From NCBI GenBank assembly GCA_013265495.1, contig MU057640.1:1683303-1747302 (forward strand): a DNA stretch of 64,000 bases, in the 5' to 3' direction. This document shows, piece after piece, positions 50,516 through 63,663 of this stretch. The translations under genes were made by a program, and so were the position numbers. Origin of the DNA: Vicugna vicugna. Lineage: Eukaryota. Numbering within the stretch: position 1 is the stretch's first letter; every line of letters starts with the position of its first letter. The notes beneath the pieces were generated by a model. It made no database searches, was not told the origin of the DNA, and worked only from the letters and a program-made list of their open reading frames with translations.

Positions 50516-51143
50516 AAAGAAAAATGTCTTTATTCTTTTTTTCAAATTAAAGAAATCATGTACTATAGGAAATTTGAAAAATATGGGAACAAAAATTAAA
50601 GAAAAGCACAAGAACACGCAAGAGGGAAAAACCACTTATAATTCAACACCTAGAGAGAAACACTGTTAACATTTTGGAAATAACCTTCCAGTCTTCTTGT
50701 GTGTGTGAATTTTAAAATTCACAAACATTTACTTGAAACTACCAGTATTTTCCCTATCTAAATGAATTATTATGGCAAACATTTATCTTATTTAGCAACT
50801 TCCCACCCAGTGTTGTCCCAAGAAGAGACTGTTAGTTCAGTGAATGATTTAAGTTCCCTGAGGGGTTTGCTGGAAGAAAAAATATTTTGTATGGTTTTTG
50901 GCTCACTATCAGATTGTTGTTTTGCTGAGTAAACATGTAACAAAGGGCAAGAGCTGAATTGCTCAGGCAATGAGGACACTTTTAGGGGCTGGAGATGGGG
51001 AAAGGGAAGTATACAGCTGGAAAGGGTAACAAGCAAAGTGAGCCTGCTATAAGGGAAGAGAATTTTGGAGGGAAGAACAGATGCCCATGGAGGAATTTGA
51101 CTACATTTCTGTCTCCATGCAGGATCTTCAGTGAAGTCCACAC

Positions 51144-51162
51144 TGCTCACCAGGGGGCGGTG
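51144..51162 (+). promoter_or_regulatory. candidate CTCF binding site
   Basis: tgctCACCAGGGGGCGgtg is close to the CTCF core consensus CCACCAGGGGGCGC; binding cannot be shown from sequence. Confidence 0.55.
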
Positions 51163-51384
51163 GGCTGTATCCACCATCGGGAACATCACGCATGTAGCAC
51201 CGTGGCTGAAAAGGAGCAAGAACGGAGCCTTGCCACAGGAGACGTTGTTTAAGCATTTTGGGATGTGGGCCCTTGGAAAACTTGGGCCAATACTAGGTAC
51301 AATGCTCACGGCATTTCCCCATGTAATTTAATACTCTTCGAAAGTGTTCTGTCTGGGTCAAGACTGAGAACTAGTTACCAAAAA

Positions 51385-52240
51385 TCCATTTCCTCTTCCT
51401 GGGCTCCTTTGCAGTTAGATAGATGTGCCAGTGTGGCTGAGTTTTAGCCAAGGGAGAGTGGAAATCGTTTGTCCCATCTCTGGGCCAAGGCTTTTAAGAA
51501 GCAGTGGTGCCCTCTTCATCCTCCTTTCTGTTCAACCATCTTGATAAGGGTGATGACAAGGCCTGAAGGGATAAGGGAGCCAATAGAAGGAAGGATCCTG
51601 GGTTCCTGAAAACCCAGCAAAACCATGCAGAAGAGAGTTAGCTGCTGACCAGGAACACTTGTTTCAGATTGTTGTGTGACTGTCGTTTCTACTTATAACA
51701 GCCTATTTTGTCCAAACATCATCAATGGATGCAATTTAATTACCCAACATTCTATTGTTAGACAGTCAGGCTGAATAAACTGCATTTTGCAGTGTAGTAT
51801 TGCATTTTAGCTCAACTGCCCAGTAGTCGGGTGAATTAGATCAAAGGTTTTTGGCTGCAAGTAACAGAAAACCTAATTGAAACTCACAAACAAGAAGGGA
51901 ATTACTGGCTAACTGAGAGCCTAGAGGAAAGAGAACGGCACTGATGACTCCAATGATGTGGGGAATCCATTTCTCTCTACCTCTCTTCTCTCTTACACCC
52001 AATGCTGCTTGCCTTCTAGGACTAACTTCCTGGTGATTGCAGGAGGACTTCACGTTTTGTTGTCCTCATGCAACAGGAGTGTTTGTGTCCCGTGCTCAAC
52101 CAACAGCAGCTCGAAGCTTTGTGCTCACTGGCTCATCCCTGAACCAAAGCTAATGACCAGGACAACTGGGTTGCTTGTGGCCTAGATCAGTCAGGGCTGT
52201 CTGCTGGAGCTGATAGGTTTGGTCTCATCCAATGATGGTG
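51385..52240. mobile_element. two old MLT1-like LTR fragments (sense ~51385-51720, antisense ~51830-52240)
   Basis: gtgtggctgagttttagccaag...gaaggaaggatcctgggttcctga; ggtttttggctgcaagtaacagaaaacc...catccctgaaccaa. Confidence 0.55.
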
Positions 52241-53319
52241 AGATGGCTGCCATGATGGTTATTTTTATAGAGAGACAGAGAGACTGGGTTGCCCACATGT
52301 ACAGAGGAGAAAGTCACTTGATTCCAGCCTTCTCTGAAACAGAGAAAGTTTTTGGAGATGCTAAATAAGAGTGAAGTAATTTCCCCATTCTATGCATTGA
52401 AATATGTCTTTAGAAAAATTACTTTCTGCAAAAAAGACAAGAAAGATTGAAACGGTGAAAGAGGTAGATGATTTAAAGACAAGGACACAGAGTCAACAAC
52501 CTGGGGAAAATTAAATGACTTGGAAATAAAGTCCAGATATTTCAGAAAGAGTATTTTATCTGAGGCACTGTCATGGTGGGCTGGTAAAAAGCAGGATGAA
52601 AAAGGACAGTGGTGTATCCTGATGTCACGTGTGGGAAATTTAAGTTCAAATCCGTTTCTTGGACTGTTCCCTCTCTGTTATTGGAACACATCGCACACTT
52701 ATGCACATTAAGCATGACTGTCAAGGACACTGCCTCTATGCTAAATTCAGGCTATACATGCTGATCTCAGCTCTTTCCCCAAATGGTATAAATTCATTTT
52801 CCTGGACATCACACCTGGACTGGAAACAAAAGAGAGGTAGTTAGGTAAATGCTTTTCTTCCTCTACTGCATCACTCTTTACCTCTAAGACAGGAATTAGA
52901 TGGGTTTTACTTGTTGATTCAGAGAGGAGTTGGGCCAATTATTTTAATGCACACAAAAATAATTCCTTTCAGCACAGATGCTCATTGATTGACTTAAAAC
53001 CCCTGCGTGTAAAATCTGCACAAACAAAAGGAATGCGAAGAGATCTGCTATAATAAGATTAAGCTCAAATGGCAAGGGAGGTGTTGAATTTAAAATTAAT
53101 TGGCAACGTCAACCATAAAATGGTCCTATTCACCTTCTCTACAGAAGCAAAAGAGCTTGCTCTGTTTTTCTGCCCTACCCCCTTGCCAGTGCAATTCTCA
53201 TCTTTCCAATACGATTCTCAAAATCTAATTCAACTTCCACTTCCTCCATGAAATCTTTCTGAATTATTACAGCCCCTGCCTCCAGACTTCCTGGCGCTCA
53301 CTGAAATGTTACCAAAGAA

Positions 53320-53530
53320 CAGCAGTTAAAAGCCCAGACTGCGATGCCAGATCTGCAGTTAGTCTAGATCTTTAATCCACCAGCTGTGTGACCTAGGGCT
53401 CATCTACTCTGAGCCTCAGTCTCCTCCTCTGAGAAATGGGACCAAGAGGGTGACTTTAAGAATAAAATGAGATAATGCATGCAATGAGATAATGCCTGGC
53501 TAAAAGCAGTTAATGAATATTAGTGATTAT
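53320..53530 (+). mobile_element. MIR
   Basis: ccagctgtgtgacctagggc...ctctgagcctcagtctcctcctctgagaaatggg...aaatgagataatgcatg. Confidence 0.8.
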
Positions 53531-53726
53531 TAATCTTTTCTCTCCCCCAACTCCAACTTGGAGTCGTATACCATTGTACAGAAAGTATCACCCAACCCAT
53601 CCCTGCTGCACTGAACTGAAAGGAGTTAAAAATGCTTTTCAAAGTGGAGGATGGTTGTGGACTATGTTGGACCAGGAAGGCCAATGGCAGCAGGGCAAGG
53701 GTCATACTGTTCTAAAATGGGCCTGC

Positions 53727-54218
53727 AATGAATAGATAAAGAAGATTCAGTATATATACACAATGGAACACTACTTGGCCATAAAAAAGAATGAAATAAT
53801 GCTATTTGCAGCAACATGGATGGACCTAGAGATTATCATATTAAGTGAAGTAAGTCAGAGAGAGAAAGCCAAATATCATACATCACTTATATGTGGAATT
53901 AAAAAAAAGATAGAAATGAGCTTATTTATAAAACAGAAAGATACTCACAGACATAGAAAACAAACTTACAGTTACTAAAGGGGGAAGGAGGGGAGAGGGA
54001 TAAATTAGGAGTTCGGGATTCGCAGATACAAACCACTATATATAAAATAGATAAATAACAAGGTCCTAACATATAGCACAGGAAACTGAAAATAAGATAT
54101 ATTCAATATCTTACAATAACCTATAATGAATGAGGGGATATATATATTTGAATCACTATGCTGTACACCAGAAACTAACAGAACACTGTAGATCAACTAT
54201 ACTTCAATAAAAATAGAG
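53727..54218 (+). mobile_element. short 5'-truncated L1 3' end
   Basis: ORF 53763-53978 resembles the ORF2 C-terminus (FAATWMDLEIIILSEVSQ); TSD core gggcctgc at 53719-53726 and 54219-54226. Confidence 0.92.
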
Positions 54219-54701
54219 GGGCCTGCCTTGAGTAATTCCTAAATGCAGCATGAAACAACCATAAAACTCCAATCAACTCCAGTAACTGAAAGGAACTTCA
54301 GGGTTGCGGCTCTCAGGAACTTGAACAGGGACTTTGAATGTCAACATACTGTTTGAAAGAGCATTGCTAGTTAGAACTTCCAGTTTGATGGCTGGTCAAA
54401 CAGAAATTTGGAACTTGAAGGAATTTAGAAACGGGTCAAACTCACTTATGAACATTTTATTTGTTAGACTGTAATGAGTTTGGAGGGGAGAGGCAACATT
54501 TAACACTATAAAGAGAAAAACAGATTTTTGATCCCTCCACCACCCCCCAAAAAAAATGAACGAATGAGCCACTTACAGAACATCGTTATGAATTGGTTAA
54601 CTGAAACAAATCTGTAAGGTCCTGGATTAAGCAACACAAACTAACCAGAACTTATACCTGGAGCGGTGGACATTTCTTTCTTTCTCAAACACAAACGTGC
54701 A

Positions 54702-55195
54702 CTTGTCTGATTGCAATGGCTAGGACTTCCAATACGATGCTGAATAGAAGTGATGAGAGTGGCTATTCCTGTCTTGTTCCAGATTTTAGCGGGAAGGCTT
54801 TCAACTTATCACTGTTGAGTATTATGTTGGCTGAGGGTTTGTCATAAATAGCTTTTAATGTGTTGAGACATGTTCCCTCTATACCTACTTTGGTAACATA
54901 GAAAATACACTTATGGTTACCTGGGGGTAAAGAGGGGGGGGAAGAATAAATTGAGAATTTGAGATTTGCAGATATTAACTACTAAATATAAAATAGGTAA
55001 ACAAGTTTCTACTGTATAGTGCAGGGAACTATATTCAATATCTTGCAGTAATCTATAATGAAAAAGAATATGAAAAGGAATATATGTATGTGTATGTATG
55101 ACTGAACATATACTATACACCAGAAATTGACACACTGTAAATTGACTATACTTCAATAAACAAATAAAAATTGTAATAAAAAATAAAAATAAATC
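54702..55195. mobile_element. 5'-inverted L1 (antisense ORF2 piece 54702-54896 joined to sense 3' UTR)
   Basis: Left part is the reverse complement of the L1 segment seen at ~3995-4180; right part matches the 3' UTR seen at ~5780-6050. Confidence 0.88.
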
Positions 55196-55349
55196 TCAAT
55201 GAGGTGTACCATATATACGGAAGAATGGACATATATGTATAATTGAAGAATAACGATAAACATTCACATAAATAACCACGCAGTCCAAAAAAACACCACA
55301 AACATCCACTGCTTTTGTCAGCTAAGAGCCCGAACCATGGAAAGATATA

Positions 55350-55570
55350 AATAAGCACCAGAGCTCTGGCCTAGTTCCCCACCAGGCATGATCTTAGGAA
55401 AATTATGTACACTCGCCCATGTCTCAGTTTCCTCATCTACGAAATGGGAATAAAATTCTCCTGACATCAGATCATTTCTGTGAGATTGAAATGAGCTAAC
55501 TCATGCAAAGAACTCAGTTTAGTGTCTGACACACAAGTATTCAACAAATGGAAGCAACTGTGGTGATTAC
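55350..55570 (+). mobile_element. MIR
   Basis: tgtctcagtttcctcatctacgaaatgggaataa...tgtgagattgaaatgagctaa. Confidence 0.8.
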
Positions 55571-56510
55571 AAAGATCCCACAATTCAGGTTTCTTCCTGC
55601 TTTTCTTTAGCATCGTCTTCAGATGCTGACTCGTTTACTTAACCACACCTTTTCATGAAACTTGGAGACAGCACTTTGCTATTTTAAGGAATTTGCATTT
55701 TTTGACCAATAAATCTTCTCAATAGTGCTCTGTGGATATCAAGAAAAGATAAGAATAAGGGTGGTCATGGAAAATCTGTGTAAGAGATGGGAAAATTAGA
55801 CTAGGAGGTAAGGAAGGTTGATATAACTTACAATTGCTTATTTGAGAAATCACCTCCTCTCCCAAACTGAGTTGTTTTCCTACCCTCAGCAAGACATGCT
55901 TCAGTTTCGTCTCTGACAAGGAAATTTCTAAAAATCAAATACCTAGCTAAATCATCTATGCCCTTGAACTAAATCGGGGAAACTCTGAGTTATGGTATTA
56001 TACACCTAATATGGCAAGAATGAGCTTAAAGTCATTCTCCATAGAGAGATTTACAGAATAGGCCGTCCTTTGTATATACTCTGAGATGATGTCATTGTCT
56101 TGCTGTCATTGGGAGGGGGCCAGGAATTGTGATGGCCTGGGCCCCAGCAATGACAGATTGCTCCTCTCACCTGGACCCTTCATGAACAATGACCCCTTTG
56201 TGAGGTGTGCCTTTCCTCTGGTGAAAGGAGGCACACACACTTGGTCTGCAGGAGCCTGACCATAAGAGGGCTCTAACCACTGAGGCTAAAGATACAGACG
56301 GGCACTCGTGAGCCACTGAGCATGCGCTGAGCAAGTCAGACACGGCCACCACCCTCCTGGAGCATCCACTCTAGTGGGAAAGACAGCAAATAACTAACCC
56401 AACAAACATTAATGAATCACAATGGCAATGAGCCCCATGAAGGACAAAGCAGCACTAGGTTTTATACTGGGGAGGGGGAGGAGGAAGTTAGGCATGAAAC
56501 TGCAAACACC

Positions 56511-56625
56511 GAGGGGAGTAGCTCAGTGGTAGAGCGCATGCCTAGCATGCATGAGGTCTGGGGTTCAATCCCCCATACCTCCATTTTATTTTTTAAAAAA
56601 GTGAAAAAAAAAAGAAATTAAAAAC
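56511..56625 (+). mobile_element. tRNA-Ala(AGC)-like SINE copy / tRNA pseudogene
   Basis: tagctcagtggtagagcgcatgcctAGCatgcatgaggtctggggttcaatcccccatacctcca, then a T run and an A-rich tail. Confidence 0.88.
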
Positions 56626-56689
56626 ACAATTTTTATATCAAAACAAGTATAGATTCATGATGTAGAACACAAACTACTTCAGTGTTAAA

Positions 56690-56915
56690 GGTGGATTAAC
56701 AGATACACATTACTATATATAAAATAAACAATAAAGACCTTCTGTATAGTACAGGGAACCATATTCAATTTCTTATAACGAGCCGTAATGAAACAGAAAC
56801 TGAAAATGTAGATATGTAGGTATATATATGTATGACTGAATCGCTTTGCTGTACACCTGAAACTAACATTGTAATTTAACTACACTTCAACAGAAAATAA
56901 GAATTAAAAAAAAAG
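56690..56915 (+). mobile_element. short L1 3' UTR end
   Basis: cagatacacattactatatataaaata...ctttgctgtacacctgaaactaaca...A-rich tail. Confidence 0.85.
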
Positions 56916-58569
56916 ATAAAGGTGGAGACCGCAGAGAGGTCACATTTGCCTGGGGTGGGACTGGCCTTTCCAGAGTTCCAGGTGGAGGCTTCCAGCCCCT
57001 AGGGGTGGCCGAAGAGGGCAAGTCCGAGAAGCCCCGGCTGGGGCACGGAGGGCTGGGGCGCCAGAGGTCAAAGCTCTCTAAAAAAATGGGAGAACACCTC
57101 CTGGCCGGCTGCAGGGTGGCCCACGACTAGGAGATCCTTGGCCCAGACTGGCAGCCATCAACCCGTTTTCCTGGCTGTGGCATTCTCCAAATTCTTCACA
57201 CAGCTCTCTGGGTTATCTCAGCCCAGATTGCCCCTTCTGTTTTAAGTTATCATCTACTCTTCCCTCAGGGTGCTGTTGAAGCTGTTAGTCTTGGGACAAA
57301 GGTGCCAGTGGGGCAAAGGGAGTGGAAGGAGGGAGGGGAGAGGAGGGGAGGGGAAGAGACAGACCCCTGACCCATTCCCCTTTCCTACTGCGCTCAGTTC
57401 ATCTCTTTCTTTAGGCAATTGTCAAGTCATTTGCTCATTATCTGTTCTAAGCCCAGCCCCTGGGACACATCAGGCTCAAAGCATCTGTCAAATGATATTA
57501 GTCTTCATTTGAATGTTACCCAGGCTCTTTGACCTGCTCCCCAGCATCTTTCAACTAGACTGGCATGAGGCATTCCTGAGGTGTGGAGGAGGGCTCTCAG
57601 ACTGCCACGGGATGTGGGGTGACCGGTGGTGAGGGAAAGAAATGGAGGTACAGAGGGCAGCCTTCTCTTTTACAAAGTATGTGGCATGGAAACACTTAGA
57701 AAAACACTTAGAAAACTCACCCTCTCCTGCCCCCAAGGTGGTACCAGTTGTAGGAGAGTCACCAGAAACCAGGGAAGCTCACAGCACCATAGAACCTGAT
57801 TGTTTCCAGGGACTCACCCCTGAACTATTGAATCCTTGGATTCTTGAACACCATCAAACCTAAACAGGCTCGAACTACAGTGTTCTAAAGGATAACTGAA
57901 AAATTTAAACGACCTCTTAAAAACTTTAATAATTCAATTACTACAGGACTCCAGATATCTGTAATGATCATTCATTTTCTTAGATGCCTGTATGCCTCCT
58001 TAGTAGTTGTCTGGCTGTCAGAATCATTGTTGACACGTGAAAAGGCTTTTACCTTTGTGAGAATAATTACAAGGAGCCGCGAATGCCTCTGTTGATCTAT
58101 GGATGCTGGTAATTAACCTCATGCTCCTGGAGATCTGTACCCCTGTACACCTGCTTCTCCATAAAATCTGATGCCTTAAGATACAGAATACGTTTTTTAA
58201 ATGCCGAGAATTTAATTCATGGTACATTTCAAACCAGTGGGAGAAAGAGAGAAATATTCAAGAAAAGGTATTGGGTTGATATGGTACCTGCTTCAGAACA
58301 GAGAAAAGATAGCCTCCCTCTGCCCCACCTCACACCTTAACCAGTAATTAATTCCTCATGATTAAAGGGCTAAACCTAAAGCAAATCTAACAATTGTAAA
58401 ATGTCTGTATATACAGGAGAATTTTTTAAAATAAACTTGAGATAGGGAAAGTCTCTTAAAGCAAGACTTCAAATCCCAAAACCTTACACAAAATAACTGA
58501 CAGATTTGATTATGTGAAAATGGCAACCTTTGCAACTAAAAAGATGCCATGAACAAGATTAAAAACAAT

Positions 58570-59390
58570 AGTGCAGACACTATGGAAAACAGTATGGAGT
58601 TTCCTCAAAAAACTAAAAGTAGAACTACTTTATAATCCAGCAATCCCACTTCTGGGTATATATTTAAGTGAAATGAAATTACTGCTTCTGAGAGCTATAT
58701 GCACTCCCATGGTCACCGCAGCATTATTCACAATAGTCAAGACATGGAAACAACCTAAGTTTGCCTAAGGGATGGATGGGTAAAGAAATTGTGATATATA
58801 TATATACTTCAGTCATAAAAAAAAACAAGGAAATCCTGCCATTTGCGAAAACATGGGTAGACCCTGAAGGCACTATGCTAAGTGAAATAAGTCAGAGAGA
58901 GAAAGGCAAATATTATATGAGCTCACTTATATGTGGGATCTTAAAAAACCAAACTCATAGAAACAGAGAGCAGAACGGTGGTTGCCAAGGGCAACTGTGG
59001 GGGAGATGGGGAGATGCTGGTCAAAGGGTACAAACTTCAGTTATAGGATAAATAAATTCCCAGGATCTAACGTACAGCATGCTGACTGCAGTTAATGATA
59101 CTGTACTGTATACTTGAAAGTTGCTAAGACAGTAGATCTTAAATGTTCTCACCACACACGCGCACGCGATGATTATGCGATGTAATGGATGTGTTAACAG
59201 ACCTAATTATGGTGATCATTTTGCAATATGCATGTATATCAAATCATCACATTGTACAGCTTAAACCTACACATTGTTATATGTGGATTATACCCCAATA
59301 AAGCCAGAGGGAAAACAAAACAAAACAAAACAAAAAAACAAGATGACCAAAACTAAAACTAAAACAAAAACTAAAACAAAAAAACCCAAA
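58570..59390 (+). mobile_element. L1MA9-like 3' end with (AAAAC)/(AAAACT) tail
   Basis: ORF 58571-58768 is an ORF2 C-terminal peptide; 3' UTR cttgaaagttgctaagacagtagatcttaaatgttctcaccac...caataaagc. Confidence 0.9.
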
Positions 59391-60039
59391 ACGGTCAGAC
59401 TGGAAGCAAATAGAGACACACCCCGCAAGCTGCCTCCTCAGGCAGACTCTTGTGAGTAGAACTCCTTCTCGTCAACATTCAGATTTCATAGAGCCTACAC
59501 AGCTCTCCAATATAGCATGTTTAGGGCTGAGATTTGCATAGAAAATTTTATATGTACATCCCCCATACTCAACATAGCATTTTAAACAAAGCAGTATGTA
59601 TATGGGGGGAGGAGGCAAGAATTCCTTAGCTGCTTTCCAAATATAACTGGAGGAATTTCAGAATCACATGCAGATGTTTTGAAAAGGCAGAATGTCAACA
59701 AAGGGACATGAGTCGGATGCTGACGGTGCTCAGAGAGGCCGCGTGGCTATACACAAGCAGATATCTGTTAAAAGTCACAGTCACTGGTCATCAGGAAGCA
59801 ATGTTTTAGGCATCTGACATACTAAGTACTTGGGTACATATACTGACATTTTTCTGATTTAGGAAATTGGTTGGTAGTGATGGATTGGCAAGAAAGGGGC
59901 TACTGGTTAATATTTTCATTCTCTGTCTGGTTTTCAGGAGGATTCCTGATGGTAAATGAGAGATACTTGCATTCACAACCAGTAGTACAGACAAAGGATT
60001 AATATTAATTAATTAATTTTGAAGAAAAAGTATAATTCA

Positions 60040-60720
60040 ATATATTCAACTGTGAGAGAAAAAACAACCACTGGAGAATGGACAAAGAGTGGAAACAGAT
60101 AACTTCAAAAGAAAAAAATGTGAAATAGCCAATAAATACAAGTAATACTCAACCTCACCAATAAACAAGGAAATGCACTATATACATTAAAGCAATGAAC
60201 TACTACTTTAAAAATCATTAGATCAACGAAAAAGAAGTTTGATAATATTAAGGGTTGTTGAAGATTTGGGAAACCAGGCATGTCTACATTGCTGATATCT
60301 CTGTACATTGATGAAGGCGTTTTTCAAGGCAAGTTGGCAATATCTATTAGACATTATAATGCACAATGCTCTACTTGAATGATTTATTTCTAGAAATGTA
60401 TTATTCAGAAATGTGCACGTCAGGATAAATACAACATTATTTAGAATAACTGAAAATTTTGAAAAGTTCCAAAAGTACACCCAATATTTAAATATATTAT
60501 GGCATGTAATGTCATATAGCTGTTAGAAAGTGTGGGATAGCCTTATATGCACTGATGTGGAAAGGTCTCCAAGGCAGATTAAATGAACAGAGCAAGTTGC
60601 AGAACAATATGCACAATATCCTACATTCATGTGCATATATACATTCATACACACACACACACACACACACAAGTATACATCAAAGGGAAAGAAGTATTGA
60701 GAGCAGTTACCTCTGGGAGG
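60040..60720 (+). mobile_element. old L1ME fragment
   Basis: aaacaaccactggagaatggacaaagag...gatgtggaaaggtctccaagg...agcaagttgcagaacaatatg. Confidence 0.65.
60649..60670. repeat. (AC)11 microsatellite
   Basis: Direct reading. Confidence 0.95.
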
Positions 60721-60739
60721 GAAGTCGTCCTACGAGGAG

Positions 60740-61145
60740 GTAGCAGGACATGTCTTCACGTTCACCAGACATTGCTGCCTCTCTCCCAGCAGTGTTCCTC
60801 TCAGCTGGAGGATGTATTTCCACACTGTTGACCTCAGGAATGGCCATGGGACCTGCTTTGTCCAAAGAAGTGATGTTGGTCACTTTTGTGCAGAGTCTTA
60901 AAAATCAGGGCATCATTTGTCTTGTCTTTTTCTTTTTGCTATGAGATTGACAGTGCTCCAGATAGAGGCTAGGTTTTTCCCATCAGCTTTGTTTCTGGAG
61001 TGAAAAAGGCAAGAAGGAGAGTTTGTAGCCAACTCATGGAAAACATGTAGTGTGAATAAGATATAAATATTTGTTGCTATCAGCCACTGAGATCTGTGGA
61101 GGGGAGTGTTACTGCAGCATAACGTGGCCTGTTCTGACTGATACA
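60740..61145 (+). mobile_element. MLT1H/I-like LTR
   Basis: ggccatgggacctgctttgtccaa...agccactgagat...gttactgcagcataacgtggcctgttctgactgataCA. Confidence 0.75.
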
Positions 61146-63663
61146 AATAAAGGAAGACTTCTACAGGTTTTCTTTGTGTGTTTCTCCATTGTATGAGCAT
61201 TGTGCTATTTATAAATTCATATATTACTTGTATAATAAACTAATTTTTAAAAATTGACATCTCAGCAAAATTACAAATGGTTACATGTCAAGAATCTTCA
61301 GGATTGTTGACAAATAGGATCTGCAAAGCTAAATCCTGAAATTCCAAAAGCAATGTTGAAGGGCCTGCCTGAGACCTACAGGGCAACACACCATGGCTAC
61401 AACCCATAGTGCTGTGAAAAGGTAAACAGTGTGTTGTCAAACCAGTGGCCAAGAAATATGGTGGTTAAGTGGACATGTGAGAATTCTTCTTGTGTACATA
61501 AGTTGAGTAGGTTAGGGCAATAAACATTCTACCTCTAACCACAGTGCCAAAGGGCATCTCAATAAATGGCAGGACCACAAGTGGTTGCTTTTATAGATAT
61601 TGGGAGACACTGTTCTTCCGTAGCAGGGAATGGGTGGCAATTACTGCTGACTCACATTTGTCTGAACATGTCAGTTTCATCAACTGTGTCCGGAACACAA
61701 AGAATTTGAGCACCAGTGATCCAGGAAATAGAGCAGGTAATTGCACGTAGACTTTTATTTCCTGGTGGCTGCTGCCTCTTGCTCAAATTCTAGACTCACA
61801 ACACTTACTCATTGATTGAGTACCTCTGTGTTGGGCACGGTCCTTATCATCAGCAATACATACAATCTTAGCTCTCAAACTCACAACCCAGGTCAATAGA
61901 ACATATTCAGAAGCAGAAATAACTGTAATAGCAAGGGGAACCCTTACTTAAGGGGGTAGTAGTCTCCAAGCATTGTGCCAGGTATATATCATTTCTAAGT
62001 CTCAAAAAAAAAAAGTCCTGCAAGCCAAGTATAATTGGCCCTACTTTTTTGAATGAAGAAACTGAAGTGGAGGGAAATTAACAAACCTTCAGTTCTGACA
62101 GCCCGAAGGTAAGGGTCAGTCTCAAGTTCCTTTTGTTGTCTATACCAAGTCACCTCCCCTGCAAAGGGATAATTAAGAATAGTATCAGAGGGCAAGTGAC
62201 TGAGCCTTGAATTAGAGCTTTAACCCTCAGAGTGGGGCACAAAGACCCAGCTTTTTGTTTATGCTGTCCCCAGAGGGCGAAGCAGAGCCTGGCTAGCAGC
62301 CAACCTGGCAATCTGACTTAAGTTAGCTATGGTTAGCATTCCTCCATCTCTGCCTGCACCCCTTCCTTCTTCTAGCGCTGGAAGTAAACATCCCCTCTGC
62401 TTGGAGCATGCGGGTGAGGGTAAGAAAAGTCCTCACAATAGGTCTGCTGCTGTGCAGAGAATTCTAGAAGATGCAGATCTGGATGGTGGCATCCTGTGGG
62501 GCCCCACAGTCCCACACCTCAAGTCCCTTCTGTGGCTGAGGTTGGGGAGTCGGTCATGTATCTGCTGTCAGCTCAGTACTCTGTTTAACCTTCTTCTTGG
62601 TTAAGCACTCAGCCCAGAGAAATACCCTAACTCAGGGCTGTTCTTGGTTCCTTAAGGAAGTTTATCTGAACAAGGACAAGCTATGGCTCCCAGTCCCAAG
62701 ACTATTATCATGTGGGGCTTGTTTGCCCACCCAGAAAGCAGAGAACAGTAAGAAAGGATTCACCAAAGAGCCCAAAGGCCCCAAGCAAAAATTTTGAAGG
62801 TGCTCTCATTTCCTGGGCTCTGCCTGAGGACTGAGGTCAAGGGTTCAGCTGGCCTTTGCACCTGAGGATTGACAAGTTCCTCAGAACTGAGCCAGGGCTT
62901 TCTTGATCAGATAAGAGATACTCTGGACCACCTACAGGATGGCGACTCCAGTGAGTGGCTCAGCTCCACGTTGTGGATGGAAGTAAGGGGGAGCAGGAGA
63001 GAGGTTAACACAAGTCTCTCAGCCAGTGCTCCAGCTGGTGCTGAAACGGCAAATGAAGAGAGAGAAAACTTGAGCAAGGGGTGAGGAGGATATAAGGCTA
63101 CACCCGGGAAATGTGGGCTTCTCCTTGGGATATGAGGAAAGCATCTAAACATTTTGGGGGAGCACCAGGTGGCAAAGGTTTCATCAGAGTTATGACTCAA
63201 TGAAATGGAGCATTGAGTTTTTATTAGTGTCAGATTTTATCTTAACAGTGTCATGAATGACTCTACACCTTTCTTTGTAGACTGTTTATCCACGGTTAGG
63301 AGGGTCACTTAACTTTTCAGTTGCACTCAACCGCTTTTTCAGGGAAATTTTGTGCCCTTGTGAAGCTAGTGTGCAGAATGTCAGGGGGCATTCACCCCAG
63401 GGCTGTACAGATGGGCACCCCTGACATCTTGTCCCTGGGGGCCTCACTGGTCTCACCCTAGACCTGGCCCTGGGGTCAAGCACGGTGCAGAGGTGAGGAC
63501 AGGAGCTCAGGTGTTGAATGAATAGAGGCAAAAACAAATGAAGTGTAGAAGGAGGGCACTCATTGAAAAATGCTAGCTACTGAATGTTTTCACAGTCTTT
63601 GAACACTTTGTTTCCCAGAAAGCTCATGTGGAGGTAGATGAATGGGAACTTTAGTGTTGTAGT

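Noticed and set aside
56512..56583. Bona fide tRNA-Ala gene
   Set aside because: The acceptor stem has two mismatches, an A-rich tail follows, and three related SINE copies occur in the window.
56980..57200. GC-rich patch as a CpG-island promoter
   Set aside because: Too short and too few CpGs, with no associated exon evidence.
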